Assembly (NCBI GenBank): GCA_964188305.1
Contig: OZ076888.1
Direction: 5' to 3' (one strand)
DNA: 64,000 nt
DNA from: Podarcis bocagei
Taxonomy: Eukaryota
Shown here: piece by piece, positions 39,346 through 52,606 of the stretch
Layout: every line of letters starts with the position of its first letter
How positions within the stretch are numbered: the first letter of the stretch is position 1
Program-made: the position numbers and the translations under genes
The notes under the pieces: generated by a model
The model's input: the letters and a program-made list of their open reading frames with translations, nothing else
Database searches by the model: none
What the model was told of the DNA's origin: nothing

Positions 39346-39386
39346 GAAATGCTTCCAAATACCAGGGTGCTGGAAACCACAGAAGG

Positions 39387-39877
39387 TGTTAGGGACTGAG
39401 CAGAGGAGGAATCGTGGAGTCTGCCACCCCATCCTGACTCTTCCAGGGAGGACGAAGAAGAAGACAGTATAGCTTTAAAACAGTGGTTTGAGGGAGGTCA
39501 CAGCTCAGAGGCAGATGGGGGTGGAGCTGGGAAATAATGGGAGAGGAGGAGGCAGGACCGGAACAGCAGCTAGTTGACACATTGTCTTTAGAAAGCATTC
39601 CAGACTCTCCATCTCCCAGAACCTGGCGAGCCTTAAAAGTAGGAGAGCGAAGAGCTCAAAGACAGTACCCATAGAGGAGATGATGATGATGATGACAAAT
39701 GAGGAAGTGGGAAAGACGGGGGGTTGAAGATTCACTCAGGACAATGCCATTATCCAAGAGGCTGGGTTCTATGGCCTCTCTCTTTAATATTGAAATAAAA
39801 AAAGGATGGCAAGAAATTTTCCTTGTCTTTATACTTTCCTGGGCAACCAGCTGGGAGCCACTGACAGCATCCTGACA
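39387..39877 (+). mobile_element. Solo LTR (Gypsy-like), related to the 31828 and 51072 LTRs
   Basis: TGTTAGGGAC...CCTGACA ends; AATAAA at 39794; TSD degenerate (GAAGG/GGAGA); shared translated motifs. Confidence 0.7.
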
Positions 39878-42397
39878 GGAGACGAGAGTGCTCTGGTGTT
39901 TGTGTTCTGCCAGTGAAGTCATCTCTGTGTGCTGGGCTATGTCTGAGCAAAGGAACGTGAGTCCTTGAAGAGATAGCAGTCGCTATTTGAAAGTACCAGA
40001 GAGCCAACTTGAAAGAGGATGTGATTATCCCCACAGAGAACACTGAAAAACTAGAACTAAATTAGCAAAGATGAAAAAAGAAATCAAAACTCAAATGTTC
40101 TACTTCTATACAGATCTGTTCTGTTTATCTGTCATACCTATTCTGTATATATGCCCTGAGAAGGTAATGGGCTGGATGAGGACTAATCTAAACCTCAGTT
40201 AGGGCAAACTTGATAGCAAGTGGAAGGAAAAAGGGGACAGCAAAAGAGTCAAAACTCAGAGAGATGTTGAAATATGTATTTTTAAAAAATCAAATAATTA
40301 ATTGTTCTTGTAAAACAATAAAATGTCATTGTTTCCATTACTGATAACCTTCCTTGTGGGCACTGAAATATCATGTAATTAATATGTAAGAAAACCATTA
40401 TGCAGATAATTATATACATGAATAATACCATAAAACCTCTCTTAAGTTTTTTATATTAAATAAACCATCATTATGTATGGAAAACTTCAACTATTCATAA
40501 TATATGACACACAAAACATATTTATAGATCACTGTGAAATAATAATACATAATAAACACCCACCCACACATATATATATTCTCTAAATTCTATGTTTCTA
40601 ATGGAAAATCATAATATAAATCCCTTCATATGTGTTGAAATAAAATACACTGGATAACAAATATAATCTGTGTGCTTTTATGGTATATACAGAAAAGAAG
40701 GGAGAATTAGAAGGATAAAGGAAAAAAGGATGATATAATTACAAGCACCTCAAGCCACGCTTTAAGTACATATATTAAAAACAACACATTATAATATATT
40801 AATTAACATTAATATTGCTTAGATTGATGGTGTCAGTATTGATGTCTAAAAACTAGTTCACAGGGGTCTGTAATTATTCTGGGCTGGTTCTGAAACAAAG
40901 CCCAAGGTCTGACTGTCTAGATGAAGAGAGGCAAGCTCACTGGATCTCAATTCTAAATGGTTCCCATTTAGAACTTGCTCCAAGTTGCATGATGTATCTT
41001 GCACCGAAGAATAATCTACCTGTGTTCTCCTTGCTGCTGCATGCAATAATACATGAACCAGACCTTTGGATTTAGTAATTAAAACAGTTTAAACTTACTT
41101 AATAGTGTGTGGTCTGTTCATTGCTAGAGGGATAGAGAGAAGGTGCAAGCGTTTTCAGACGGAATAAATGAGATATGCAAAAGGGCTTAACAACCTATGT
41201 GCCAACATTGTGCTGTTGGTTAATTCTGAGAGTGTTTTAGACTCTGCTGGGGGTTCTCACCCACTGAAAAGAACACAAAGCCCCATGTTTTGAATCTAGG
41301 TGCTCAGCCAATTTTTTTTCCTAATTACCCACACATGAGTCAGATCTATTTTCCACTCCACAATTTGACCTTTTGTGAAAGTACTCCAGCTTGAAGACAA
41401 TCAGAAGGACAAACAGAAGGTTGTGAATCCAAGAAAGAAATGAAGATTTACAGTTTGTTCTAAAATAAGTTATATCATTAAGGGATTTCTCTCTGCATTT
41501 GTGTATTGTTTACATATGTAATAAAAGCCATGCCAGTTTGAATAAAATGTCTTTGGCCCAGTGCATTCTTCCACTGCTGGCCAATGGTGAATCTAGCTAA
41601 TACTATCATAGAACATACCAGATCTTTCTTTGCTCCCCACACACACCCCACAGTAAATTGTATAATTTGCATACCACAGTAGCATATTACGAACCAAAGT
41701 CTGGCTCTGGCTCTTGCGGAAGTTTGGATGCTGAAAAAATGACTCGTTGGCACAAGAGACATGGAAACTAGAGCTCAAAATTCATGTCATTAAGAGTGTG
41801 ACTCTGAATGTTTGTGTTACAGTCCAATGGGGTGTGTACTGAGAAGGCAGGATGGATAAAAAATGAAAGCTAAATCCCACTGATCAGAAGGGGGAGTAGG
41901 GGGAGAAAGATTCCAAACCTCACTCTCTCCTCCTGCAGTATTTTAAACTTCCTTTTATTGTTTTCAATAAAATAACACTCAAATTAAGATGTATCCAAAG
42001 AAACATAGGGCAGGATTCACCTAAGGTGCCTGTCAGGAGAAGCCCTGCACAAGGGCTTTTGTTTGCGCAATGGGGCTTTCCTCCTCTCTGATAAGCAACC
42101 ACCTGCCAGGCAGAATTTAGCTGAAAAGAATGAAGTACGGTAAATATTTTAATGACTTTGCACTTTTATGAATGCTGCATAAAGGCTTCATGAATTAAAT
42201 TATAATGGAGGGGGAGGGAAAAAATCTAAGGACTGAGAAACAGAATGAAATGAATGCTTAGCTGCATTGATTGCCAATGTTCCTAACACCTTTGGATCAC
42301 TATGTTTTCCTTTATAGCTTGATACTATGTGGGGGGCAGAGGAAATGTGCCAAGTGAGAGTTCAGTTTAGACTTATGTCATATAGATGTCATCGGGG

Positions 42398-42543
42398 CAG
42401 TGCTTTTTTTCTGGCGAGACACAGGGGTACGTAGACCCCTAAACATTTTGTGAATCTAAGTTTGGCCTCATTGAGGTGCAGTATTTCAATATGAGTAGGA
42501 AAATGAAGTACCCCTATACATTTTTTTAAGAAAAAAAGCACTG
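42398..42543. mobile_element. hAT MITE
   Basis: TIR cagtgctttttttct / agaaaaaaagcactg; 8-bp TSD CATCGGGG / CATCAGGG. Confidence 0.88.
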
Positions 42544-42625
42544 CATCAGGGCATATATATTTTTCCACACTGAGGCACATCTGACTCAAAACACATTTGA
42601 GCAGAGACTCCACCCCACCCGGAAT

Positions 42626-42869
42626 ATAATAATAATTTATTTATTTATTTATTTATTTATACCCCACCCATCTGGCTGGGTCTCCACAGCCACGCTGGGT
42701 GGCTTCCAACAGAATATTAAAAAACAATAAAATACCAAACATTTAAAACTTCCCTAAATATGGTTGCCTTCAGATGCCTTCTAAAAGTCAGATAGTTGTT
42801 TATTTCTTTGACATCTGATGGGAGGGCATTCAACAGGGTGGGTGCCACTACCGAGAAGGCCCTCTGCCC
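42626..42869 (-). mobile_element. L2 3' fragment
   Basis: QRAFSVVAPTLLNALPSDVKEINNYLTFRRHLKA, stem-loop, (TTTA)n tail. Confidence 0.9.
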
Positions 42870-45349
42870 TAATTGCCCCTGCCTGTCAGCAGTTGCCACC
42901 ACATTTGCCATTTTTTGCATCAAAAGTCAAGTAACCAGAGAGTTTGCATGCCAAAGTATCCACAGAATGAGATCCCAACCCTTCATTACTTGACTAGCTG
43001 CTTAACAAGTTTTGGGGGAAATCCAGGCCATTTATGCATTGCACAACTATGTCATGTAGGCATAAGGATTGCACCAGGTCAGTCTTGACTGACTGGCACT
43101 CCTCCCATACCTGATTTTTCTGCTAGAACTTTAGCTTCCATGCCTGTTTGCCATTCCTGGAGAACTGGCACCATAGTCAGCCAACGCTTTGCCTGGCATT
43201 CCATTATGTGTGCCCATCCTTTTCTTTGGTGCACACTCAAAACGATAAAGATTGACTTGGTCCGTTTATAGTTTCCTATTCTACAACAGGCTATGCTCCC
43301 GGAGAGCACAGAACAGACTGAGAAATGGAGGCCCTGCAGATGTGATTGGACTACAGCTCCTATCATTCCTGATCATTGGCTATGTTCCTGGGGGTTGATG
43401 GGAGTTGAAGTCCAACAACCAGGGAGCTACAGATTTGCCACCCTCCCACAGAGTGATAGAGGAATATGTAAGGAAGAAGGAAGACGATACTATGAGGCAG
43501 TTGTCTGAGAGCCAAGATTGTTCCAGTTCCTTTCCACTCTGTGACCATCCTGGGCTTCCTTCTCTATAGGTGTGTCCAATAATTTCCCACATGTTACGCT
43601 CCATATGCAACTGGTAGTCAAAATCTGATCAGATACATCACATGTCTTCAAACGAGCCAGCAGGAAATGCCTTCATTATTGAATATAAGGGTGAGGAAAA
43701 AGATAGCGGGTGAGTGGGTGTCAAGTTGCATTATTTTTACATTTTACAATTCACCCATTTTCTGGCAATATAATCATTTATGCTAATGAACGTCAACTAT
43801 CAAGTGTGCTAAAGAAGGATAATTTTAAAGTCCAAAATTCATTTGTGCTTTGCTTTGTCACATTTTTAATAACCAGATCCATCAAGTTCTTTGCAGAATT
43901 AATTATGAAACAGAACTTAAGCCTGATTAACAAACACCAATTTTAATAATGAAAGGCTTGTTTGTAATTGTTAAACTGCAAACTATTAAAATGAAAACAT
44001 GCCGAGCAGGAAGCGTAATCTCTTTTAATTTTCCATCTCATTCATTTGTTGTGTTAATATTAAAGCAATGCTTCTGGACTGCAGCACTGAGGATTTCCTT
44101 TAAAAATATATATGAAGAACCCAAAGGCTGTTGTTTTTTTCATGTTGACTGAACTTTTAAGGACAACAAAATTCATACTAGTGACTTCAGTAGTTTACTT
44201 ACATGGTGTCACCTCTCTCTTTTCTTAGTTGCTCAGAGTTTTCCTATTTTTTTTTAAAAAAAACCTCTATCCTTGGAAAAGCATTTGCGTAACCTTGCAT
44301 AGGGGTCAAACAGAGCCCAATTAAAGTCTCAATGTGAACAGCCAAAAACAGAAGCTGCCCATTAAATCCCCACTTCTGCCGCCATAATGTTGAGGACAGT
44401 TTCCCCATATCCGGATAAAGTATGTGTTTCCTTACCCCCACCAGTGAGAGCCAGGAAGGTTCAAACCAATGTTACTTTCATTGTGTGGTTCACAGTCACG
44501 TATTGTTGCTGTTGTTAATGCAATACTCCACTGAGTAGAGACGATTCTCACCAGGAATACAATGTAAGGAGAGGGAGGTTAAACCCTTCCCTTCCCAGCT
44601 GTGATCCTGACAAAAAACACCCCTGCGCTGCAATTGGCCTTAGAGGGGGAAAGCTTCTAATACAGTGGTTTCCAATTAGCTAAGCACAGCAGACCCTGTT
44701 TTTCAAAAGCTAAGCCATGGACACCCTATTTTTGAAAATGTTGATATCTCTATGGTAGCTTTGGTCTTCTGAATGGTGCCACAGACCCCATGGGTGGGTT
44801 CCGCAGACCACTACCTTGGGACTACTGATCTAATAGATCTTTGTTTGGATCACGATGCATCCCACCACACTGTAGTGCTGATGAGACCTGTCCCCCATGA
44901 GCTTTCTTTTGCTTTTGCTTTCCAATCACTGTTGGATATGTATGAGATATTTTGAAAGGTGATTAAAGCACTTTGACTGAATACCATGCCCAGTGAATGG
45001 AGCTCAGTGGGTTCCAAAATGGTCGCCTGCTCTGGGCAGGAAGCACTGAGGAAAGGGATCAGAAACAAAGGACTGGGCCTGGAGAAAGGTGGGGAAGGCA
45101 ACAGGACAGCTGTGGGAGGGCTGTTGTGTTACAGATGTTGTCTCAGGAAATGGGCGGCCCTGCCAATTGGTGGTGCCTATGACAGCAGGGGACATAAGAG
45201 TTGGGAGAAGGGGAAACAGTGGGAGACAGGGAGGAAGGAGGAGTGGAAGCCAAGAGAAAGGGCTCATCCTTTCACATGTAGAAAACCTGGAGAAGCACTG
45301 ATGCCAACCCAGCTGAGCTTACGTCATGATGAAAAGCAGCAGCCTCAAA

Positions 45350-45731
45350 CAGGGCCGGATTTAGGTTTGATGAGGCCCTAAGCTTTGTCCTTGAGGCCCT
45401 TTATATGTCCAGCTGTCCTTTGTCAACAACAAATTGTCGTTGTTTTTTGTGTTGAATATATGCTATATTGTAATTTATGGCCCTAATAGGTATCTAGCCA
45501 GTGATATTTTAGGGAGCAGGCTAGCAGGCGGGGCCCATCACTTACAGCATAGGAGCCTACACAAGACAAAACACTGTTGATGTATGTAGATTTTATTTTA
45601 TTTGTTTTTTATCTTATATTTGGAAATGTACACCCAGGTGTTCTTTTCCCCTTTAATTTTTTTTGGGGGGGCCCCAAGAGAATGGGGCCCTAAGCTATAG
45701 CTTGTTTAGCTTATACGTAAATCCAGCACTG
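45350..45731. mobile_element. hAT non-autonomous element
   Basis: TIR cagggccggattta / taaatccagcactg; perfect 8-bp TSD GCCTCAAA. Confidence 0.9.
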
Positions 45732-47255
45732 GCCTCAAAAATAACCCAGTTGTGAGTTATAGGCAACGCTTTATCCTGGGGCTTACAAGGAAGCGGAAAC
45801 TCTAAGGAATGGCTAGGCATAAGAGGTCCATCCAAGGCATTGTGCAACATTAGGTCAACTTTGAAGACGATCAGTACCGCACTCATGATAATTGTATTTG
45901 CAGTGGAATGAATATTTTTGAATGTATTTTCTCTCAAAATGCACATTTCAAATCTTCCCTTGAAAATGCATTTTATTACATTTCTTGAGCTGAAAACCAC
46001 TCCCCCAACATCTGGGAGTAATGTGACATTTGATGGGTAACTATGTTCTAATCCACACATGAGTTCAGGAGATGCCGATCAGGGTCAGTTCATATTGCGA
46101 TTCACGAATACTGAACTCTGGCATCCCTATCTATATATGAGAGCACTTTTGTCATGGAAATACTCACCTGTGTTAGTGTTAGATAGTAATAGCAATTGCT
46201 GATAACAATGGTGGTCATGTCAACAATGCCAACATTACAATATAACTAGTGGGACAGCACTAGTGTTATAACTATCACATTTTTTTTTAAGATAGAAACT
46301 AAATATTTGCTGTAGTGGGTGATATGTCCTTTATTGAGACTTATCTCCAGTACTTTCACAGTATAAAATGGATGCTCTAATAGCTTTTATCTTTCTCCAA
46401 TATTTATGAAGTGCAATTGCTTTTATTTTAATTTATCACAAATGCAAAACCTAGTCATTATTCCGAGCGCTATTTTGTGCGTTTCAAAAATAGATTGGGG
46501 AGCATCAGGGTGCCATTTGTATTTGTTAAAATGAAAAATATCTCCTGGTTATTCCTTTTGATGAATCCAGCCTTTGGAGAAATTAGCATGAAAGGAGACC
46601 AGACAATGAGAAACACAGACATGAGCAATGAATTATGCAACAAACAACACAAAGCACAACATTACTATTTATTAGGAGTCAGGGTTTGGCTCTTTTGCAT
46701 ACAGAAGTTTGGATTCTGGAAAGTAAGAATCATCAGCGCAGGAATTGCTTTTTAAAGTGTCTCAAAACCCACACCATAAAGGTGGGACTCTAATTTGAGT
46801 TTGGATCCAATGGAGTTTCATATGAAAGAGACAGTTGCACAGATGGAACCTTTCATTAAAATCAAAATTCCCTCTGATCAGTTTTTTGGGAGAGGTGGCA
46901 AGGAAAATAAGTGGGTTCGGGTTGGCAGTATTCATCCCTTCTGTTCCCTCTCAACAGCCGTTTGCCAGGACTGCTGGCATGGAGAAGGAAATCACTTCCG
47001 CAGTACTTATTTGTGCATTTAGTATCTCACCAAGCTAAGCATATACTCACGGAAGCCTTCTTCCTGTCTGTGTAGCTGGATTGGGGCCCTGGCTACAAAA
47101 CAAGTCACATGTCACTTTCCCCCATAAAATATGGTAAATATAAATATATTCCCAACTGTATTAGAAGCAATGAACCATCATGTTCCATGCTGGGTCCTAA
47201 ATTCACAGACTTGAGCTTGTCTTCATGCAAATTGCTTTGATGCAAATTATCTGTA

Positions 47256-47392
47256 TTAGAATGATAGAATCGTAGAGTTGTAAGGACCACAATGGTCATC
47301 TAGTCCAACCCCCTGTGATGCAGGAATCTTTTGCTCAACATGGGGCTCAAACCCACAACCCTGAGATGCCTCATGCTCTACCAACTGAGTTA
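47256..47392 (-). mobile_element. tRNA-Lys-derived SINE with CR1 tail
   Basis: Second copy of the 23041-23179 family. Confidence 0.78.
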
Positions 47393-47761
47393 TTATCCAA
47401 AGTCAATTGGTATTAGTGTTCTTCCTGTGCAAGCATTTCTCAACCCATAAAGAAGTTGTTGTGGGGTTGTTTGTTGTTGCTATTGTTCTTCAGAATCACC
47501 TTGACAAACATTTAATATGGGTTGGCATCCCTAGGAGGCTTTTGATTCTACTTCCTGCAACACAGGGGGGGGGGAGGAGGGAGGGAGGGGGGAGGGAGGG
47601 AGGGGTGGCTTGGAACTGCAAAGCCCCAGAACTCTGAAACTCTAATAATAGGCTCCAAATACTTTATTCTCTAAGACAGTCTAGCAGCTTTTGAGAGAAA
47701 GGGACTGCTGCTCTGCTCACTGTGGCAGTTCGCTGCTAGCACTGCTAATATCCAAAGAGTA

Positions 47762-48098
47762 AAAAGGTAAAGGGACCCCTGACCATTAGGTCCAACTCTG
47801 GGGTTGTGGCGCTCATCTTGCTTTATTGGCCGAGGGAGCCGGCGTACAGCTGTCATGTGGCCAGCATGACTAAGCCACTTCTGGCGAACCAGAGCAGTGC
47901 ATGGAAATGCGGTTTACCTTCCCGCCTGAGCGGTACCTATTTATCTACTTGCACTTTGACATGCTTTCGAATTGCTAGGTTGGCAAGAGCAGGGACCAAG
48001 CAAAGGGAGCTCACCCCATCACTGGTATTCGAACCACTGACCTTCTGATTGGCAAGCCCTAGGCTCTGTGGTTTAACCCACAGTGCCACTCATGTCCC
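47762..48098 (-). mobile_element. Full-length Sauria SINE
   Basis: Minus strand gggacatgagtggcactgtgggttaaaccacagagcctagggcttgcc...ggtcaggggtccctttacctt. 12-bp TSD ATCCAAAGAGTA at 47750-47761 and 48099-48110. Confidence 0.93.
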
Positions 48099-50180
48099 AT
48101 CCAAAGAGTAGCATAGCAATAATTAACCAACAAAACAGAGGTCAAAAGACAGAAGGGACCTATAGGGTTCACATTGATCCATAAAGTTGTTGGATCTTCA
48201 CACCGAACTGACCTTGGACTGCCACTCCTTGCTTGATTTTCCAAGCACCCAGACTCTCAGTCCTGTCTGACATTGCTCAAAGAATCTGTTGACTTGCTCT
48301 TCACATCTAAAGCAGGTTTAGTGTTCAAAGGCTGTAAGCACCACCACACTGAACTACCACCGTCCTTAAAGGAAAGATTTCAGAAAGTGCATTCATTCCG
48401 CCATTATGACCTCGTACCATCGCAGAGCATGTGACCTTAGTGTCATGTGACATCAATGTTGTTATCAAACTTGGACATCTGTGACAGGGCACAGGTTGGA
48501 CTAATCATACACGGGCACCCCGAAAACAGAGATAAGTCATCCTTGATTATAAAATATAAAATATTGTTTCCTTCCCACAGCATTTCTTCCCATCCCACAT
48601 ACATAGTCGCTCCAGTGTTGACTGAAGACAAACGGTATTGAAAGAAATGAGTCATTTTTTAATTATTTAATGTATGATAGAGGTGTATAGATTCAATTTA
48701 CGGGCTTCGGGAGCTGACGTTGCAAATGTTTGTAATGTGGGGTACAGTATGTGTGCTAAGCTTCCTCACAGGAGTAAACTCCAAAGCATGCCTTTCTGAC
48801 AGCAGGCAGCAAATAAACTGACAAGAACCTCTGTTGTCTTGGCAACCCAACACTGTCTAAAACTCAGGGGGCAGCCCTACGACAAGCTCTGGGATAAGCA
48901 ACTTAGGATTCAGTGAGACTTTGGCTCAGCCGGCATTAGGTCTCCAACCCTGGCTCGTCCAAAGGTACGCCAGCATAACATGCTCATCCCTGGCTCGGCC
49001 ATAACATGCTCATCCTGACTCAGTCGGCTGAGACATTGCTGGCGGAGCCTTGTCTGGTGCAAGTCCCCCAACAGGGGAACAGTAGGGCTGGATCACAAAT
49101 CCCATTCAGATTGGTCACATAACCTGACAAGCCCCACAATTGAATGGGGTTTGGATCTGGTATAACGTAATGCCAGCTTAATTTACAGCAGCTTGTTTTA
49201 CGCCAGCTTCTTGTGCATAGCATTGCTCTCTAAGTCAGGTCTGGGTAACGACGACAAAACATTCCCTTGCAAAATGATGGTGCCCTTGTGTCACCACAGA
49301 ATTCAGCCCATACATTTTTATCTCACGAAGTGGTTCGTCTTCAAAAGAATCTGATTTCATCCGCAAATCCACTCCAGTGGCAAAATGTCTTCCCCGTTAA
49401 AGCAAAATTTATTCATTTTGTTAATAATACTTGCGGAAACTGTTGCTACTTTTAATAGTCTTGTTCCTTAAGCTTTGCTGGGCCAGCATACACCCCATAC
49501 TTTTCACAAGCATGTTTCAAACACTTGACTTAGCCCCCAACAAATCCTGGCAACTGTAGTTTGCTCATGGTGCTGGGAATTGTAGCTGTGTGAGAGGTAA
49601 ATTAGAGTTCTCGGGATTCTTTGGGGAAAGTCATGTCCTTGAAATGTATGGTTTGTAGGCAGCCAGGTCACTTCTTCCAGTTTCTTTCTTTTAATGAGAA
49701 GCAGTTTGGGAAGAAGGTGCTGGGCAGCAGAACAACTGCAGGGGAACTTTTACCTTTTCCCACTCCTGCTGTTTGTTCCCAAGCTGCTCCCCCGCCCCTT
49801 CCCATGTAGGAAAAGATACAGGATTATAATGCTCTAACAACAGAACAACACCTTGAACTGCTGCCCTAAACATCTCAACATAAGGCTGCAGAACAACTCT
49901 GAAGATTTCAAAATGTTACTTTCTCATTATAGCTTGAACTGTTCTGAAACCCTTCAGCTCTAAATAGCATCTAAACTCTAAAGTGAAATAGGCAATAAAT
50001 TACTGCATTGATATCCTGTCCTTCTTCAGGGCAACACACATGGGTCTCTTTCCCCAATGCACACATATTGGATCCAGCAGACTCTTCTTAGTTTCTTATT
50101 AAATTTGTATCCCACCCTTCCTCTCTGAAATGAGCCCAGGCTAGCTATCACCAAAGTGATAAAACAACAGCTATAACAAT

Positions 50181-50182
<2 letters not shown>

Positions 50183-50212
<30 letters not shown>
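50183..50212. repeat. (GT)n microsatellite
   Basis: Direct reading. Confidence 0.95.
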
Positions 50213-50214
<2 letters not shown>

Positions 50215-51071
50215 AAAAAAACATTTAAACCAATTAAAAACATATATGGAAACATTAGGATCACTTCCTCCAAAAGCCATATTTCTTGTACACAATACTC
50301 CCCCCCACCTCCACATTAGTGTGTTCCAGATTTGTGCTTCAGCCTTGGAAATGTTCTTTGAAATGCAGTCAACTTGCCATCATTTCCTTTCTTTCACGCT
50401 CACCTGTTCTATACGGTGATTAAAGCTTCCAGGCTCAAATAGATTTCTTGGGAGAAGCTTCGCTAAAGTCAATGGGGCCGCTCCAGTGTAAGTGGTTGAA
50501 AGACTGTTGTTTTAATGAGGTTCGATACAGCTGCAACCTGCTGAAAGCAGGCAATAATAAAAAGGGGATATTTCAGAGATATGCAAACATCTCCCCATCA
50601 AAAGGTCAACTATACCAGAAATGACGGGAGTCTTTCAGGAAGGCAGGAGGTTTGGTCTGACATCATGCAATGATTTATTTATGTGTTCGCTCTATGCTTT
50701 CACTGTTTTGCAGTTATTTTCGGTGATTAGTATTTATGGAAAAACACACAGTGGAGTCTTCCTTTTTGAGGTATGAACTACAGAGAACAACAAAAAAACC
50801 CCTCTTCTACTCCTCAAATGTTCTCCTCTTAAAATAAAATCTCCTACAGTCCCATGGGAGTTTATATACACATACCATGTAGCATTTTGTATGAGGAGAA
50901 AGACACATTTTGTACAATGAGCACCCACACTCAGCCCTCAGTTACAGCTTCCTGCTAGGTTTGAGAGAGAACACTTTCACTCCTATGAAAATGGAGTGTC
51001 ACCTAGTTGTACAATCTCCAGGAGTACATCAGGGGTAGTAGCCCATATGGTGTCCTCCATATGTTGCTAGC

Positions 51072-51792
51072 TGACAGGAGCAGTCAGGAGCAGTCAGGAG
51101 CAGGTCAGCAAGAAAACACCCATTGTCAGTGAAGTTAATTCTATTCAAACAAACCAAAACAGCCTAGGCCTAGTGATCACAGCAACTCTTCCCAGTAGGT
51201 CTTACATCAATGAGGCAGTTCCCACCACTCTCTAAGGCTCCTTTCCCGGTTCCTTCCCCAGCAACCTGAGGCTCCTTCATCTTGTCCAGGCATAGGCATA
51301 CTCGGCCCTCCAGTTGTTTTGGGACTAAAACTCCCATCATCCCTAGCTAACAAGACCAGTGGTCAGGGATGACAGGAGTTATAGTCCCCAAACATCTGGA
51401 GGGCCAAGTTTGCCTATGCCTGGCCTTGTCTCTCTTTGTTCCACCCTCTTCATTCCTCTTTGTGTTGTGTGAGACCAGGCAGGAGGAGAGCTGATCACAG
51501 CAGGATGGGGAGACTCCCTAGCTTCTTCTGCAGCCTGCCTCATCTCTGTCTCTTGCCCGCCCCCCTTGTCTCTAGCCTCCGATTCTGGACTTCTCTCTGC
51601 CACAACCTCTTCCTGCTCACTAAACCCTGTTCCCTCTCCAGCTTCCAACACCTCCTCCCAGTCTGCTTCCTCTTCTCCCTCTGAACACTCACTGCCGCCC
51701 CACCACCAATCCACTCTCTGAGATTTCTTCCCCTTGGGTGTTCGCCAGCTGGTGCCTCCCACATCTCCTCTGCATTCAACTGTCCATGATGC
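51072..51792 (-). mobile_element. Solo LTR (Gypsy-like), inserted into a MITE (51030-51884) and carrying a nested MITE
   Basis: Minus strand starts near atcatggacag and ends cctgtca; acidic reading frame as in the 31828 and 39387 LTRs; the flanks rejoin into a caactccc-family MITE. Ends are approximate. Confidence 0.65.
51287..51422. mobile_element. Palindromic hAT MITE
   Basis: TIR caggcataggca / tgcctatgcctg; TSD ATCTTGTC / GCCTTGTC. Confidence 0.88.
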
Positions 51793-52053
51793 TTGACTCC
51801 AACTCCCATCATGCCATGCTGACTGGAGTTGATTATCAACTTGGGCCAAGCAACATATGGAGCACATCTCATTAGCTACACCTGCATCCTGATGTAGTGC
51901 TCCTTTCCTTGTGGTGAAGTGGCAGGTCTTTCCTCCCACCACTCTGATGATCTCAAGTTGAACCATTGATAGTCCATTACTTAGGCATCCAGGGCCTCAT
52001 CCAACAGTACAGCTGTGCCGGTGCACATATATCTCTGTATGTAAATAATCACA

Positions 52054-52222
52054 GTCATAGAACTGCAGAGCTGGAAGGGACCGCAAGGGTCATCTAGTCC
52101 AAGTTCCTGCAATGCAGGAGTCTCAGCTAAAGCAGATGGCCATCCAACCTCTGCTTTAAAACCTCCAAGGATGGAGAGTCCACCACCTTCCAAGGGAGAC
52201 TGCTCCACTGTCAAACAGCTCT
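52054..52222 (-). mobile_element. CR1 LINE 3' end
   Basis: Minus strand cccttggaagg...ggaggttttaaagcagaggttggatggccatctg...ggactagatgacccttgcggtcccttccagctc. Confidence 0.85.
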
Positions 52223-52329
52223 AGCCAGCCCAAAGCACTTCCAAGTGTGACAGACAGATTTTTAAATTGTAAGTTTTTTCAGCATCCTCCCACATGGCAA
52301 CTGTAGGGTAGGAAAATACGGTGGCAATC

Positions 52330-52330
52330 C

Positions 52331-52382
<52 letters not shown>
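52330..52382. repeat. (GATA)n microsatellite, resuming at 52620-52663 after a MITE
   Basis: Direct reading. Confidence 0.92.
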
Positions 52383-52606
52383 GTGGTACCTCGGGTTAAG
52401 AACATAATTCGTTCTGGAGGTCCGTTCTTAACCTGAAACTGTTCTTAACCTGAAGCACCACTTTAGTTAATGGGGCCTCCCGCTGCCGCCGTGTCGCCGG
52501 AGCACGAATTCTGTTCTCATCCTGAAGCAAAGTTCTTAACCCGAGGTACTATTTCTGGGTTAGCGGAGTCTGTAACCTGAAGCGTCTGTAACCCAAGGTA
52601 CCACTG
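52383..52606. mobile_element. Tigger/pogo-like MITE
   Basis: gtggtacctcgggtt...ggtaccactg followed by TA. Confidence 0.9.

Noticed and set aside
47564-47606. G-quadruplex-forming G-rich run
   Set aside because: Simple (GGGA)n low-complexity tract with no contextual evidence of function.
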